A DNA stretch of 64,000 nt from Cyanophora paradoxa CCMP329. Lineage: Eukaryota > Plantae > Glaucophyta. The stretch lies in assembly GCA_004431415.1 (NCBI GenBank), contig QPMI01000032.1, positions 62,001 through 126,000 of the forward strand, in the 5' to 3' direction. The notes under the pieces are model-generated. The model did not search any database, was not told where the DNA came from, and saw nothing but the letters and a program-made list of their open reading frames with translations. Positions within the stretch are counted from its first letter, which is position 1; each line of letters opens with the position of its first letter. A program made the position numbers and the translations under genes. Below are positions 62,564 through 64,000 of the stretch, one piece after another.

Positions 62564-63625
62564 TTAGCGTTTCGTTAAACCACTTCTCAGATTGTATCTT
62601 CTCCTTACAACATTACTTCGATTGGGTTTTATGCCTTCCTTTGCTACCAATCGATTCACTTTATTCGTCTTATTAACCTGCTGAATTCTTTTTTGCGATG
62701 GGATCTTTATGATATCATCTTTATTCACCTTTTGCAATTCTTGCTTCTTAAATCTCCTCTTCACTTCTTTCGTTTCCTCACCATCATTATCTTCAAGCAC
62801 TTTGAAACGATTCCTATCAGCCTTTGCAACAGTGTAGACCTTCTGACTGAATTGCGCACCTTCTTTTTCAAATAACCCCTTCGGTTGCAAAACTCGAACT
62901 GTGTCTCCTGGTTTCACTTGATTAGTATCAGCCTCCTTTACACGATTGTTGTGAACAGTATCTCTCATGTAAATAAATAACTGTTTATCTTCATTTGTAT
63001 ACACTGCATTCGGTGAGTCATTTTTCAATGCCGAATGGGGACTGCTATTATACAAGTCAATAACATCACTAAGTAGATCGATCCATTTCGTGGTTCCCTT
63101 TGCTGTCATCGTTTTTCTGAGATACTGTTTGAAAGTCCTAGTGAACCTATCAATAATCCCCAGTTTATCTCCTACTGTGATGTGGTCATCCTTTGCCACA
63201 TCTGTGTAAAGCATCACACCATGTTCACTGCACCAATTTCGGTATACTGCTTGGGAGAACTCATTATCCCCAGAGAGAGCATTAACTTTGCCTGCTTCTT
63301 GCTTGAACCTATTTAAAATACTCGGGATCTCACTGCTGTTTTTAAAAGGATAAACAAATCCTTTGCGACTAAGTATGTCTACGAAACTAAGCATTTTGAA
63401 AATGCCATTGTTGGCAGTCTGAAACCCTCTGAAATATGTTATATCGATTTGAAACGATCTAGGCTTTGCCACTATGCGAAGAAACGATTTGGGTTTCCTT
63501 GGTTTCTTGTAGATTTGCTGGAGTTCTGAGTTTTTGAATTTCTTTTTCAACTCTTTTTCATCAAAACTCACTTTTTCATTAATCAGTTTCTGCCTATACT
63601 TTTTGAATGATAATACACTATCCAT
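62564..63625 (-). CDS. rve-type integrase, copy 2
   Basis: FQIDITY, GDNEF, LGIIDRFTRTFK; 48 of the first 60 residues identical to copy 1; intact ORF. Confidence 0.9.
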   Translation of the reverse strand: MDSVLSFKKYRQKLINEKVSFDEKELKKKFKNSELQQIYKKPRKPKSFLRIVAKPRSFQIDITYFRGFQTANNGIFKMLSFVDILSRKGFVYPFKNSSEIPSILNRFKQEAGKVNALSGDNEFSQAVYRNWCSEHGVMLYTDVAKDDHITVGDKLGIIDRFTRTFKQYLRKTMTAKGTTKWIDLLSDVIDLYNSSPHSALKNDSPNAVYTNEDKQLFIYMRDTVHNNRVKEADTNQVKPGDTVRVLQPKGLFEKEGAQFSQKVYTVAKADRNRFKVLEDNDGEETKEVKRRFKKQELQKVNKDDIIKIPSQKRIQQVNKTNKVNRLVAKEGIKPNRSNVVRRRYNLRSGLTKR

Positions 63626-64000
63626 TATTGGGCGGCGCAGTTACACTTAATATGAGAGAGGAAACAATTTTTGGTAACGTGAGCCACAGCATTATTAATT
63701 CGATCTACCGAAATATCTTCAAAGTCCATGGCATTGTAGCATCGCAGGCAATGCCCATACTGCTTCCCATATCGCTGCTTGATCCAATCCCATGTGATGT
63801 AATCATGCTCATCGAATTGTCTGTTTGCTGCTCGGTCCTGATCCTTGTAAGTCGATATTTTCTCGTTATTCTCTCTCTTCCACACCTTCCAGTGAGCCAT
63901 TTCGAAATTATCATGGTAAATAACGACATCATCCAGCCTTGTGGTTCGTGTGAGAGCAACATAGAGCCACTTCTTTGACACAAATGGCGCCCCAGTTTCG
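63625..64000 (-). CDS. C-terminus of the helicase/HNH fusion protein, copy 2 (5'-partial)
   Basis: Frame open to the window edge: ETGAPFVSKKWLYVALTR...CLRC...VDRINNAVAHVTKNCFLSHIKCNCAAQ*. Confidence 0.88.
   Translation of the reverse strand, partial: ETGAPFVSKKWLYVALTRTTRLDDVVIYHDNFEMAHWKVWKRENNEKISTYKDQDRAANRQFDEHDYITWDWIKQRYGKQYGHCLRCYNAMDFEDISVDRINNAVAHVTKNCFLSHIKCNCAAQ

Larger units (their letters stand above)
62329..64000 (-). mobile_element. Polinton/Tlr1-like element, copy 2 (runs off the window)
   Basis: Terminus AGCACTGCGCCGTGTCTCCA is homologous to that of copy 1; same gene order. Confidence 0.85.

Noticed and set aside
63985-63993. TGGCGCCC resembling an LTR primer-binding site
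   Set aside because: It is the antisense of helicase codons (GAP in ETGAPFV), which align with copy 1; no LTR is present.

Overview
GC-rich (roughly 65-75% by eye), intron-rich eukaryotic DNA from a protist or alga; the species cannot be assigned from sequence alone. Host genes: a protein with four CXC repeats plus an HNH-like domain, two tandem MYND zinc-finger paralogs, a large possibly myristoylated protein, a membrane hybrid histidine kinase, a Ser-Pro-rich IPT/TIG surface protein, an LRR/RG/coiled-coil protein, and a kinase with a ZZ finger. Mobile DNA is abundant: a hAT transposon with TIRs and an 8-bp TSD, a TIR element with a 3-bp TSD, 3' fragments of a non-LTR retroposon, and a 4 x ~1.4 kb Helentron-like array with variable cassettes. 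The main signal is at 54.3-64 kb: two diverged, AT-rich, intronless Polinton/Tlr1-like elements, the second apparently nested in the first. Copy 1 encodes a vOTU-like/pPolB/SF1-helicase/HNH fusion; only the helicase/HNH end of copy 2 is visible. In both, the stop codon overlaps the ATG of an rve integrase (TGATG, TAATG). A 2.8-kb poly(A) insertion with a 14-bp TSD splits the fusion gene of copy 1, and removing it restores the frame. Exon models were inferred by eye and are approximate.
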